In this document: positions 16,936 to 27,697 of the stretch, one piece after another
How the letters are laid out: the number at the start of each line of letters is the position of its first letter
Position numbering within the stretch: position 1 is the stretch's first letter
Assembly (NCBI GenBank): GCA_964615335.1
Contig: CAZTMT010000012.1
Coordinates: forward strand, 21,962-85,961
DNA length: 64,000 bases
Origin: an uncultured Clostridia bacterium
Lineage (GTDB): Bacteria > Acidobacteriota > Blastocatellia > HR10
Direction of reading: 5' to 3'
Made by a program: the position numbers and the translations under genes
The notes under the pieces: model-generated
Seen by the model: the letters and a program-made list of their open reading frames with translations, nothing else
What the model was told of the DNA's origin: nothing
Databases searched by the model: none

Positions 16936-18005
16936 TCACGCGGCGCGCGCCCGCAGACGCGCGACGATGGCGCGCCCGACCTCATCGGTTGAAAGCGTGC
17001 CGCCGAGATCGCGCGTGACTTCGCCCGCCCGGATCGCCTCGGCGACAGCCCCTTCGATGGCATGGGCGGCCTCGGCTTCCCCCAAATACTCGAGCATCAT
17101 CGCGGCGGTGAGAATCGCTCCCATCGGGTTGGCGACGTTCTTGCCGGCCAGAGCCGGGGCCGTGCCGTGCACCGGTTCAAAGAGCGACAGGCGCCCCGGA
17201 TGAATGTTCCCCGAAGGAGCCAGCCCCAGTCCTCCGATGAGCGCCGCTCCGAGATCGCTCAAGATATCCCCGAACATGTTCGTCGTCACGATCACGTCGC
17301 AGCAGACCGGGTCCTGAACCATTAGCAGAGCCATCGCATCCACATACTGATGCGTCGCTTCGATCTCCGGATAGCGCCGGGCCACGTCCCAGAAGACGCG
17401 CTGCCAGAGGTCATGGGCATAGCGCATCACGTTCGACTTATCCACGAGCGTGACGCGTCGCCTCCCTCGGGCACGCGCATATTCGAAGGCTGCGACGATG
17501 ATCCGTTCCGTCCCGCGCCGCGTCGCGATCTCCTCCTGCAGAGCGATCTCCTCGGGCGTCCCCTTCTTGAAGACCCCTCCGATGTCCACATACGCCCCTT
17601 CGGTGTTCTCCCGCAGGATGACGAAGTTGATCTCCTCAGGCGTTCGCCCTTTGAGCGGAGTGAGGCGGGGATCGAGCAACTTCACCGGACGCAGGTTGAT
17701 GTAGAGATCCAACTGCGCGCGCAGTCCCAGCAGAATCTCCCGCGCATGCCGATTGTCCGGGACGCGCGGATCCCCGAAGGCTCCCGCGAGGATCGCCTCA
17801 TAGTCCCGCTGCAGCATCTCGATGGCCCCTTCGGGCAAAGTGACTCCTTCGCGCAAATACTTCTCCGCTCCCCAATCGAAGAGCGTCATCTCCAGCGCCA
17901 GCCCGTAGACTTCGGAGACCGCTTCGAGCACGCGCACGGCCTCGCGCGTGACCTCCACTCCGATCCCATCGCCTGGAATGACGGCAATGCGCCGCGCCAT
18001 AGAAC

Positions 18006-18009
<4 letters not shown>
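16936..18009 (-). CDS. leuB: 3-isopropylmalate dehydrogenase family (LeuB / tartrate / homoisocitrate dehydrogenase-like)
   Basis: [14 protein letters not shown]-terminus, NLRP, and [26 protein letters not shown], the signature of isocitrate/isopropylmalate dehydrogenases. 357 aa. Confidence 0.8.
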
Positions 18010-18950
<941 letters not shown>

Positions 18951-18959
18951 CGCGTCACC

Positions 18960-19262
18960 TCATGAGGCCCCCACGCGATCTCCGGAGGGCGTGGGGATGT
19001 CGGGTAGGCGGGTCGCAAGCCATCGCACCTTGCGACAAAACTCCCTGGGGTCCACACGAAAGGTGAAGGCCTGGACCCCTTCGATGAAGACGACGGGAAT
19101 CTGTTCTCCGTAACGACGGCTCAACTCCTCGTCCCGCTCGATATTGATGATCTGCAGATCGAACAGATCCGCGCACTCCACGCTCGCGAGGATGCGCTCG
19201 GCTTCCTCGCACAGGTGACATCCCGGCTTCGAGTACAGGAGCACGCGCACTTTTCTTTTCAT
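18960..19262 (-). CDS. glutaredoxin-like / thioredoxin-fold small protein
   Basis: MKRKVRVLLYSKPGCHLCEE: CxxC active site in the glutaredoxin position. 100 aa. The long 18960-20579 ORF is otherwise non-coding-like. Confidence 0.7.
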   Translation of the reverse strand: MKRKVRVLLYSKPGCHLCEEAERILASVECADLFDLQIINIERDEELSRRYGEQIPVVFIEGVQAFTFRVDPREFCRKVRWLATRLPDIPTPSGDRVGAS

Positions 19263-19343
19263 CGCGTCTTCTACTCCCCCTCGCGAGATGCCCGTCGCTA
19301 TAATAACGAGCGCAGGTGGAGAAATCAACCGACCGGTGGTAGC

Positions 19344-21230
19344 ATGAGGGAGCCTATGCAAGAGGCCGGCACAGAGCGCACCACAGAAGTCAAGACGTGC
19401 GCCGGCATGGGCGTCCGGCCTTTTCGGGAACTCGGGCGAGCGCTCCCCAAAGCTCTCGTGCGCCTGAGAAAAATCTTCCCCAGAAGCGGTGGCGAAACCG
19501 CCAAAGGGACAGATTCCCCCGCGCACGCTCTCTCTGGTCCGGGCACGGCGCGAGGATCCCGCGCGCTCGTCGCGCTGATTCTGATTTTGGCGGGAATGGG
19601 AGGGCTTTTCCTGCACCGCACGCTTCGTGAGCGCCGCCGATTGATCGAAATGGTGCCGCAGCAGACGCTCTTTTATCTCGAAGTCGAAGACCCGGCTCAA
19701 GTCCTCCGGGAGCTTCGCGCGACGCGCGCCTGGCGCGATCTTCTGCCCCGTGTTCCGGAAGGCGCATCGCTGGATCTCGAACTGCTCGGCGACCTTCGCG
19801 AAGAGATGTGGATCGCGCGTTCTCCCATGGCGCTTCTGCTCACCGGCCTGGAATGGGAAGGGGAGACGATCCGCCCGCACCTGGCGCTTCTGTGGATGAC
19901 GGAGCAGTCCGATCGTGCGCTCTCGCAGTTTGCGGAGACCCATCTCCCGAAACTCCTCGGCCGAGCCCACAGGGAGCTCACCCCAGTGCGGATGGAGCAT
20001 GGGGGAATACCGATCACCGGCTATCGCACCCGCTCTCCCGATCGCGGCCTCTTTTGGAGCGTGCATGACGGGACGTTCCTTGTGGCCAACCATCTGGATA
20101 CTCTTGGCGCGGTCATCGAGACGGCGCAAGGACGTCGTCCCTCCCTTCTTCAGCATCCCCAGCTTCCGGGTCTGCGCCGCGCTGTGGAGCGCCCCTCCGG
20201 ATGGGGACGTTCCTCCCCAGGATCCATTTGGGGATGGGCGAGCGGCGAAGCCCTCGCTCTTGGCGCGCGCGCGCTCGGGGAGACGGGTTCTCCTCTTCTG
20301 CGAGAGATCGCGCGGGCGATGGCGGCAGCCTTTTCCTTTCACTTCGCTTTCGCCATCGAGTTCGAAGACGGGCAGGTCGTCACGCGCTCCATCCTCGGCC
20401 TGAGCCAGAAATGGACCGAGCGCTACGAGCCGCTTCTTCGCCCGGAGCCGCTGCGCGGAGATGAACCCCTGCTGCAGCTCATCCCGAAGTCGGCCCGCCA
20501 CTTCACCCTTTACCGATGGACGGATACGGAGCGGCTGGCGGACGCTCTGGCGGAAACTCTCACCGCCTCGCTCCCCCAACCGCTCACCTTTATTCTTCTC
20601 GGGATGTTGCGTTCGATGCGCGAAGCCCTGGGCCTAGACTCCGAAGACGCTCTCTCTGAGGCCCTGGGATCGGAGCTGGCCCTTGTGGATACGGGCGATC
20701 CGATGCTCCTTGTGGTGGTGCAACTGCGGGATGCTCCGAAGATGGCAGCGATGATCGGAAAGCACCTTCAGCGCGCCGGGGGGACCGTGCGCGAGATTCG
20801 CTTTCGCGGGACGTCGTTTTTCACCTCCACGGCACATCCGGAGCGGGCTTTCGCTTTCCTGCAGGGGTATCTGCTCACGGGCCATCCGAAGCAACTGGAA
20901 CAAGTCGTTCTGGCGCGCGAGCGACAGGAGACAGCGGGCGCAGATCCGGCCATTCGTTCCTCCCTGGCTGGAATCGCGGGCTTCGAAGTCATGCTGACGC
21001 GGGAGCACGTTCAGGCCGCGCGCGCTCTTCTGAGCGCGGCTCGCCGGCTCCCCGTGAGCGGATTCGGACCAACACGCGAGCCGGATCAGGAGGCGCTGCG
21101 CCATCTCACCGCTCGCTGGGCCCCCGCTGTGCGCGTCTCCGAGCTTCGTCCCGAAGGGCTGTGGAGCGAAAGCCGCTCTCCGCTTGGCCCTTTCTCCCTG
21201 CTTCTGGCTCTTCTGGAGGAGGAGGAATGA
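19344..21230 (+). CDS. hypothetical membrane-anchored protein (DUF3352-like), unknown function
   Basis: Long ORF with coding-like codon usage. N-terminal TM helix (LVALILILAGMGGLFL). No catalytic motifs recognised. Start assigned to the ATG after the glutaredoxin gene end. Confidence 0.5.
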   Translation: MREPMQEAGTERTTEVKTCAGMGVRPFRELGRALPKALVRLRKIFPRSGGETAKGTDSPAHALSGPGTARGSRALVALILILAGMGGLFLHRTLRERRRLIEMVPQQTLFYLEVEDPAQVLRELRATRAWRDLLPRVPEGASLDLELLGDLREEMWIARSPMALLLTGLEWEGETIRPHLALLWMTEQSDRALSQFAETHLPKLLGRAHRELTPVRMEHGGIPITGYRTRSPDRGLFWSVHDGTFLVANHLDTLGAVIETAQGRRPSLLQHPQLPGLRRAVERPSGWGRSSPGSIWGWASGEALALGARALGETGSPLLREIARAMAAAFSFHFAFAIEFEDGQVVTRSILGLSQKWTERYEPLLRPEPLRGDEPLLQLIPKSARHFTLYRWTDTERLADALAETLTASLPQPLTFILLGMLRSMREALGLDSEDALSEALGSELALVDTGDPMLLVVVQLRDAPKMAAMIGKHLQRAGGTVREIRFRGTSFFTSTAHPERAFAFLQGYLLTGHPKQLEQVVLARERQETAGADPAIRSSLAGIAGFEVMLTREHVQAARALLSAARRLPVSGFGPTREPDQEALRHLTARWAPAVRVSELRPEGLWSESRSPLGPFSLLLALLEEEE

Positions 21231-21342
21231 GCGACACTCGGCTTCGCAAGAAGGTGCGAGAATATCGAGTCTCCGCGCGAGGGCAGAAGCGGGCGCGTCC
21301 GCATTGGAGTCGCGCGCGGGAGACCTCCCCGGAGGATCAGCG

Positions 21343-22272
21343 GTGAAGGGATTCGCCAGGATTCTTCTGGGCCGTCTTGTGCTCACCATCCCGGTCGTAT
21401 GGGCCGTGGTGACGCTTGTCTTTTTGCTCCTGCATCTGGTTCCGGGCGATCCGGTTCTGGCCTTCCTGGGCGAGACGGCGACGCCGGAACAGGTCGCTGA
21501 GATGCGCCATCGGTTCGGACTGGATCGTCCGCTTCTCGAACAGTATGCGCACTATTGGAAGCAGGTGTTGCGCGGGGATCTCGGCGTGACGTTCGTGGAT
21601 CGGCGTCCGGTCGCCGAGAAGATCCTCGCGCGCTATCCGGCGACGTTGCAGTTGGCCGTGGCGGCTCTCGTGATCGCCCTGCTCATCTCGATCCCGCTGG
21701 GAGTGGCGGCGGCCCGGCATCAGGGAGGGATTCGCGATGCCGCCGCTTCGACTCTGGCGCTTGCGGGCATCGCGCTGCCGAATTTCGCGCTCGGGCCGCT
21801 TCTGATTCTCCTTTTCTCGGTGAAGCTGCGACTTCTCCCCCCCTCGGGCTTTGGCGACCTGGTGCATCTTGTCCTTCCGGCGCTCACGCTGGGAGCCGCT
21901 CTGGCGGCGATCCTCACGCGCCTGGTGCGCACAAGCGTGCTCGAAGAGCTGCACCAGGAGTATGTGAAGACGGCGCGGGCCAAGGGCCTGAACGAGCGCA
22001 CGGTGATCTATCGCCACGTCTTGCGCAACGGGCTCATTCCGGTCGTCACGATCGTGGGCTTGCAGTTTGGCGTCTTGCTGGGCGGGGCGATCATCACCGA
22101 ACGGATTTTCAACTGGCCGGGGATCGGGACGCTCACGATCGAAGCCATCACGGCGCGCGATTATCCTCTGGTGCAGGGCTGCTTGCTTGTGATCGCCCTG
22201 ACCTATATCCTGGTCAACACGGCGACGGATCTGCTCTATCGCGTGCTCGATCCTCGGGTTCAGGTGGAGTGA
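21343..22272 (+). CDS. ABC transporter permease, DppB/OppB family
   Basis: LVLTIPVVWAVVTLVFLLLHLVPGDP N-terminus. EAA-like loop ...YVKTARAKGLNERTVIYRHVLRNGLIP. GTG start at 21343 with GGAGG 7 nt upstream. Confidence 0.85.
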   Translation: MKGFARILLGRLVLTIPVVWAVVTLVFLLLHLVPGDPVLAFLGETATPEQVAEMRHRFGLDRPLLEQYAHYWKQVLRGDLGVTFVDRRPVAEKILARYPATLQLAVAALVIALLISIPLGVAAARHQGGIRDAAASTLALAGIALPNFALGPLLILLFSVKLRLLPPSGFGDLVHLVLPALTLGAALAAILTRLVRTSVLEELHQEYVKTARAKGLNERTVIYRHVLRNGLIPVVTIVGLQFGVLLGGAIITERIFNWPGIGTLTIEAITARDYPLVQGCLLVIALTYILVNTATDLLYRVLDPRVQVE

Positions 22273-22274
22273 GC

Positions 22275-23135
22275 ATGAGCTGGACGGGAAAGATCGGATG
22301 GATTCTGGTCGTGGGACTGCTTCTTGTGGCGCTCGGGGCTCCACAGCTGGCGCCGCATGATATCGCGAAGCAGAATCTGGAGGCTCGACTGCAGCCTCCC
22401 TCGCGCCTGCATCCGATGGGACGAGACGAATTCGGACGCGACGTCCTCTCGCGGCTCCTCTATGGCGCGCGCGTGTCCTTGCGCGTCGGACTTTTGGTCG
22501 TCGCCATCTGTGCGAGCGTGGGGACGCTGGTGGGCGCTGTGGCGGGATACTATGGCGGCTGGGTGGACCGCCTCATCTCGGGATTTCTCTTCAATACGTT
22601 CCTGGCGTTCCCGGGCATTCTGCTGGCCCTGGCCCTGATCGCCTTCCTCGGCCCCAGTGTGAACCATCTCATCCTGGCCCTTTCGCTGATCGGCTGGGTC
22701 AGTTATGCTCGCCTCATTCGCGGTCAGGTCTTGAAGGTGAAGGAGCTGGAATTCGTCCAGGCGGCGCGGGCTCTGGGAGCCAGCGACGGGCGCATCCTCT
22801 TTGTCCACATCCTGCCTCATGTCCTGCACCCGCTCATCGTACAGGCGACGCTCGGAGTAGCCGGCGCCGTGCTCGCCGAAGCGAGTTTGAGCTTTCTCGG
22901 GCTGGGTGTTCAGGAGCCCATGCCGAGCTGGGGGAAAATGCTCGATTCCGGGCGAGCATATCTGACGACGGCGCCCCATCTGGTCCTGTTTCCCGGTCTG
23001 GCCATCGCGGTGACTGTCCTGGCCTTCAATCTCGCCGGCGATGGATTGAATGAATGGCTCAGTCCGAGAGGGGCGGCGCTCTCCGGAAAGAACCAGCGCT
23101 CTGGCCCGCGCCCCGTCAACGTCGCTCAACGGTGA
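22275..23135 (+). CDS. ABC transporter permease, DppC/OppC family
   Basis: Starts MSWTGKIGW. PMGRDEFGRDVLSRLLYGARVSL is the characteristic DppC N-domain. ...AARALGASDGRILFVHILPH EAA motif. Confidence 0.85.
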   Translation: MSWTGKIGWILVVGLLLVALGAPQLAPHDIAKQNLEARLQPPSRLHPMGRDEFGRDVLSRLLYGARVSLRVGLLVVAICASVGTLVGAVAGYYGGWVDRLISGFLFNTFLAFPGILLALALIAFLGPSVNHLILALSLIGWVSYARLIRGQVLKVKELEFVQAARALGASDGRILFVHILPHVLHPLIVQATLGVAGAVLAEASLSFLGLGVQEPMPSWGKMLDSGRAYLTTAPHLVLFPGLAIAVTVLAFNLAGDGLNEWLSPRGAALSGKNQRSGPRPVNVAQR

Positions 23136-23171
23136 GACATCCAAAGAGACGGTATCGCCAGGAGGTCGAAT

Positions 23172-24848
23172 ATGAGGAGGAACCGAAGCGCCTGGATTGT
23201 GATGGGGATCCTCCTTTCCCTTCCCTTTGGGCCTCCGGAAGGCTACGGCCGCCAATCCGGTCGCCACGCGCAAAGTTCTTCGATAGAGCAGGCCTTTGAT
23301 TTCCCGTTGGGCGGAAGGGCACAGATCGCGAATCTTTCGGGGGGAATTCGCGTGCAGACGTGGTCTCGACCGCGCCTGGAGGTGCAGGTGCGCGCCGCAC
23401 GGGACGCTCGCGCCTTTCGGACGTCGCTCGTTTCCCTGAAGGTGACCTCCGATTCCTTCACCTGTTCCATCCCGCCGGTCTTTTCGCTTCATCTGGACGT
23501 GTGGGTGCGCCTTCCGGATGGAGTCTCCCTGGATCTTCGCTCCGCCGATGGTCCTATTGAAGTCTCCGGCGAACCCGGAGCGACGCGCATTGAGACTATC
23601 GGGGGAAACATCACGCTGCGGGTGCCGGCCAATTTCGAAGCGGATCTCACGCTGCAGGCCGAACAAGGGAGCATTCAGTCGGAACTTCCTCTGCTCGTTC
23701 GCGGGAAATTCGATGCCCATCGGATCGAGGGGAAGCTCGGGCGCGGCGGACGCGCGCTCGCGATCCGAACCCTTCGCGGAGACATCCGCCTGTTGGCGCT
23801 TCCTCCAACGATGTCTTCCCCCGCCTCGGTGGCTCAAGGGGAACGCCCTGTGGAAGAGGTGGCTTCCTCGATCCCCCCGCGCGAGTCTCCCCCTTCGTCG
23901 CCGCCGCGCGCGCGCCCCGAGCTGCGCACCGATCCTACGGAAGAATCTCCCCTTCCGCGCCGCCGCCCCTCGGAGGAAGCGGGAGATGTCATCACCCTGG
24001 AGGCCCCCCTGGTCAACGTCAACGCGAGCGTGACCGATGAGCGCGGTCGCGCCGTGAGGGATCTGCGCAAGCAAGACTTCATCATCTACGAGGACGGCAT
24101 CGAGCAACAGATCACGCACTTCTCTCCGGTCACGGCGCCGTTTGATCTGGCGCTCCTGCTTGATACAAGCGGGAGCACGGAATCGAAGCTGAACGTCATC
24201 CGGCGAGCCGCTCAGGCTTTTGTGGACATGATCGGGCCGGAGGATCAGATGGCTGTCTTCGCCTTCGCGCGTCGCGTCTCTCTTGTGGCGTCCTTCACCA
24301 ATAACCGCTTCCTTCTCAAGCAGAGCATTCAAACGATTCGCGGAGGGGGCGGAACGGCTTTCTACGATGCCCTCTGGTATGTGCTCGACGAAGTGGAGCG
24401 GAGGCCCGGTCGCCGCAAGGCCATCGTCGTCATGACCGACGGGGTGGACAATTCGATCCGCCAGCCCTGGCTCTATCCGACAAGGCATACGTTCGAGGAG
24501 TTGCTGGCGCGCGTCGAGGAATCGGATGTCCTCATCTATCCCATCTACCTGGACACCGAGTACGAGATGGTCGTGCGCCAGCGTCAAGAGAGCCCGATGA
24601 GCTATGCTCTGGCGCGACGGCAACTGCAGGCGCTCGCTGAGAGTTCGGCCGGGACGCTCTATCGCGCTGATACGGTCGAGGACCTGGAGGGGGTCTACCA
24701 AAAGATCGCCGAGGAGCTGCGCACGATCTACAGCCTCGCCTACAGCCCGCAGAACGCGACGCGCGACGGCCGATGGCGCACAATCCGCGTCAAGGTGCTT
24801 CGCCCCGGCGTCCGCGTGAAAGCCCGCCGGGGATACTATGCCCGATGA
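23172..24848 (+). CDS. secreted DUF4097(putative adhesin beta-helix)-VWA domain protein (TIGR03436-like)
   Basis: Signal peptide. Repetitive beta-strand N-domain (IRVQTW..LEVQV..ITLRVPANFEADLTLQAEQGSI). Pro/Ser-rich linker. VWA LLLDTSGST..AFYDAL..VVMTDGVDNS. C-terminal DGRWRTIRVKV..RRGYYAR. SD GGAGG 6 nt upstream. Confidence 0.85.
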   Translation: MRRNRSAWIVMGILLSLPFGPPEGYGRQSGRHAQSSSIEQAFDFPLGGRAQIANLSGGIRVQTWSRPRLEVQVRAARDARAFRTSLVSLKVTSDSFTCSIPPVFSLHLDVWVRLPDGVSLDLRSADGPIEVSGEPGATRIETIGGNITLRVPANFEADLTLQAEQGSIQSELPLLVRGKFDAHRIEGKLGRGGRALAIRTLRGDIRLLALPPTMSSPASVAQGERPVEEVASSIPPRESPPSSPPRARPELRTDPTEESPLPRRRPSEEAGDVITLEAPLVNVNASVTDERGRAVRDLRKQDFIIYEDGIEQQITHFSPVTAPFDLALLLDTSGSTESKLNVIRRAAQAFVDMIGPEDQMAVFAFARRVSLVASFTNNRFLLKQSIQTIRGGGGTAFYDALWYVLDEVERRPGRRKAIVVMTDGVDNSIRQPWLYPTRHTFEELLARVEESDVLIYPIYLDTEYEMVVRQRQESPMSYALARRQLQALAESSAGTLYRADTVEDLEGVYQKIAEELRTIYSLAYSPQNATRDGRWRTIRVKVLRPGVRVKARRGYYAR

Positions 24849-24949
24849 GGCCACGGGTTGGGACGCCCCCACTTGCTCCGAGCCGCCGCAAGTGCAGGGA
24901 GCCGATCTCTTTTTCGCCGCATCTTGAGCCGGAATGGGAGGGTTGAAAA

Positions 24950-26605
24950 ATGAGAGGATCGCGTATTGTGCTGCTTCTTGCATGTCTCAGTTTGGGAACA
25001 CGCTGGGGATGGTTTGCTCACCCCGAGAGTCCGCGCGCGACGCGTGAGAACGTTCGCGCCTACCGAGTTGCTCATGAGATCTCGATCCTGCGCGAGCTGG
25101 TCGACTTTCTCTCGATTCCCAACGTCGCATCGGATCGGGAGAACATTCGCCGGAACGCCGAAGCCCTTTCGGCGATGCTCCGCCGCCGAGGGATTCGTGC
25201 TGAGCTTCTCGAGGTAGAAAACGCCCCACCGGCGGTTTACGGGGAGTTGCTTGTTCCTGAAGCCCGGCGGACGATCCTCTTTTACGCGCATTATGACGGC
25301 CAGCCCGTAGATCCCGCTCAGTGGGCGAGCCCCCCTTGGACGCCGATTCTGCGCAATGAGCAGGGGCGCGAAATTCCGCTGGCTTCGGTGAAGACCCCTC
25401 TCTCTGGTGAGTGGCGTCTCTACGCGCGCTCGGCAAGCGATGATAAGTCGCCGATCGTCGCGCTGCTTGTGGCCCTGGATGCCCTGCGCGCGGCGAAGAT
25501 CCCGCTTTCGGCGAACCTCAAGTTCTTCTTCGAAGGAGAGGAAGAAGCGGGTTCGCCTCATCTGCGCGCGCTCCTGCAGAAGTATGCCGATCGGTTAAAG
25601 GCCGACCTCTGGGTGCTCTGCGATGGACCGGTCCATCAGACGCGCCGCCTGCAAGTGTACTTCGGGGCGCGAGGTATTGTGGACGCGGAGATGACCGTAT
25701 ACGGTCCCGTGCGCCCTCTGCACAGCGGACACTATGGGAATTGGGCCCCTAATCCGGCTGCCGTGCTCGCGCATCTTTTGGCGAGCCTCCGCGAGGAGAA
25801 CGGGCGCATCCGTATCCCCGGTTTCTATGAGGACGTGCGTCCTCTGACCGAGAGCGAGCGGCGCGCGCTCGCGGAAATTCCAGACATAGATGCGCAACTT
25901 CGTCACGAACTAGGGCTCTCCTGGTCCGAAGGCGAAGGACAGCGTCTGGTCGAACTGCTCATGATCCCGGCTCTCAATATCCGCGGGATTCGCGCCGGGC
26001 ATGTGGGCCAGACCGCGCAAAACGCGATCCCCACGGAAGCGACGGCCTCACTGGATTTTCGCCTCGTTCCGAATCAGACCCCTGAAGGCGTCCGACGGCG
26101 AGTCGAAGACTATCTCCGCCAACAGGGTTTCCACATCATCTCTCACGCCCCGACGCTCGAGGAGCGACGCCAGCACCCCAAGATCGTGCGACTCGTCTGG
26201 GGACCGGGATACCCTCCGGCACGCACTTCGATGGACCTGCCCGTCTCGCGCGCTCTCACGCACCTGATCGAAGAGGCTTTCGGCGCGCCTCTTGTGAAGA
26301 TGCCGACTCTGGGCGGAAGCATCCCCATGTATCTCTTTCAGGAGATCCTTCAGGTTCCCGTCATCGGTGTGCCCATGGTCAACCACGACAACAATCAGCA
26401 CGGGGCGAACGAGAATCTGCGGCTTCAGAACCTGTGGGATGGGATCGAGCTGTACGCCGTGCTTTTAGCCCATCTGGGCCAGAGAGTGGAGGAAGAATCC
26501 GCGAGGGGCGCAGCGCCAGCGACAGGAGCGCGTCCCGGTCACGCTCGAGCTCCGTCATGGGACAATGACGCTTTTGGCCGCCGCCCAACAAGCGGTGGTC
26601 TGTAA
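24950..26605 (+). CDS. M20 family metallopeptidase (dipeptidase-like), secreted
   Basis: Signal peptide. ILFYAHYDGQPV, SASDDKSP, FFFEGEEEAGSP (M20 metal-binding blocks), HSGHYGNWAPNP. The low-complexity C-terminal tail overlaps the convergent ADH gene. Confidence 0.8.
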   Translation: MRGSRIVLLLACLSLGTRWGWFAHPESPRATRENVRAYRVAHEISILRELVDFLSIPNVASDRENIRRNAEALSAMLRRRGIRAELLEVENAPPAVYGELLVPEARRTILFYAHYDGQPVDPAQWASPPWTPILRNEQGREIPLASVKTPLSGEWRLYARSASDDKSPIVALLVALDALRAAKIPLSANLKFFFEGEEEAGSPHLRALLQKYADRLKADLWVLCDGPVHQTRRLQVYFGARGIVDAEMTVYGPVRPLHSGHYGNWAPNPAAVLAHLLASLREENGRIRIPGFYEDVRPLTESERRALAEIPDIDAQLRHELGLSWSEGEGQRLVELLMIPALNIRGIRAGHVGQTAQNAIPTEATASLDFRLVPNQTPEGVRRRVEDYLRQQGFHIISHAPTLEERRQHPKIVRLVWGPGYPPARTSMDLPVSRALTHLIEEAFGAPLVKMPTLGGSIPMYLFQEILQVPVIGVPMVNHDNNQHGANENLRLQNLWDGIELYAVLLAHLGQRVEEESARGAAPATGARPGHARAPSWDNDAFGRRPTSGGL

Positions 26606-27652
26606 GGCCTCGAAGGCGCGCTCCAGCGGAAAACGATGCGAGACCAAGCGCTCGAATGGGAAGCGCTCGCCGCACCGTCTCAAGAACTCCAGAGCCATGG
26701 CCATGTGCCGGGGTTCACTGGCCCACGCACCATAGACGGTCAGTTGCTTCCTGGTGATGACATGGGGATTGATCGCCGTTGCGCCCGCATCGCCATAGTG
26801 ACCGAGCACCAGATACTTCCCCCCATCACGGCACATCTCAAATCCCTCGGGCACGACGGCCGGCATGCCCACGCATTCGATCACGACGTCGGCGCCGTAG
26901 CCGCCCGTCAGTTCTTTCACCCTCTGGATGCGCTCGGCCGAATCGGGGACCTCTTCGATGTCAATCGTATGATCGGCGCCGAAGGTTCTCGCCAGCTCCA
27001 GGCGGTGGGCCGGTCCGCCGATCACGATCGTGGTGAGCGCCCCCGCGCTTTTAACCACGGCCAGTACAGCTAATCCCACCGGCCCGCTCCCCTGAATCAC
27101 CACCGTATCGCCCCAACTGAGGCCCAGGCGCTCGATGCCGTGAATAGCTGTGTTGAGCGCGCACCCGGCTCCGATGACCCTCTCGGGAGGGAGATCGTTG
27201 ATCTTGAAGAGGGCCGATCCGGGCAGCAGGTAATGGTACTCCGCATAACCGCCGAGGAAATGCGGCGGCGTGTCGCACCGATAGCTGATTCCATAGGCCG
27301 CGCGCTTGAGGCATCGGGTCGGCTGCCGCTTCTCCCGGCAGTAGTAACACTGGCCGCAGAGCCGCCCCGCATACCAACTGACGCGGTCCCCCTCCCGAAG
27401 CGGAGCGCCAGTCCAATCGGCCTCGACTCCCTCACCGAGCCTCACTACTGTCCCCATCGTCTCATGGCCGAGGATGATCGGCCGTGGGATCGGCAACTGG
27501 CCCTTCCACAGATGCACATCCGTGCCACAGATGCCCGCCATTTCGACTTTGACGAGCACTGCCCCGGGCTCGATCTGCTCCGGCAGCGGATACCGGCGAA
27601 TTTCCAGGGGATGATGAAAGTCCGGCATGACAGCGGCCCTGGCTTCCTCCAT
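26555..27652 (-). CDS. zinc-dependent medium-chain alcohol dehydrogenase (threonine/sorbitol dehydrogenase-like MDR)
   Basis: GICGTDVH catalytic-zinc motif, structural-zinc Cys cluster CGQCYYCREKRQPTRC, and GSGPVGLAVLAV Rossmann motif. Confidence 0.85.
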   Translation of the reverse strand: MEEARAAVMPDFHHPLEIRRYPLPEQIEPGAVLVKVEMAGICGTDVHLWKGQLPIPRPIILGHETMGTVVRLGEGVEADWTGAPLREGDRVSWYAGRLCGQCYYCREKRQPTRCLKRAAYGISYRCDTPPHFLGGYAEYHYLLPGSALFKINDLPPERVIGAGCALNTAIHGIERLGLSWGDTVVIQGSGPVGLAVLAVVKSAGALTTIVIGGPAHRLELARTFGADHTIDIEEVPDSAERIQRVKELTGGYGADVVIECVGMPAVVPEGFEMCRDGGKYLVLGHYGDAGATAINPHVITRKQLTVYGAWASEPRHMAMALEFLRRCGERFPFERLVSHRFPLERAFEALQTTACWAAAKSVIVP

Positions 27653-27697
27653 AAGCTCCTCCTTTGTCCCAAAGGCCCTGATGTCTCCCGAGAGAGA

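Noticed and set aside
19263-20579. Upstream 440 codons of the 18960-20579 minus-strand ORF
   Set aside because: Only the last 100 codons (18960-19262) look like a real gene (glutaredoxin-like CxxC protein starting MKRKVRV with its own start). The remainder is antisense to the 19344-21230 gene and is low-complexity.
22260-24983. 907-aa ORF on the minus strand spanning oppC and the third VWA gene
   Set aside because: Antisense to two well-supported plus-strand genes with clear family motifs. Arg/Gly/Ala-rich low-complexity translation typical of high-GC antisense frames. No recognisable domains.
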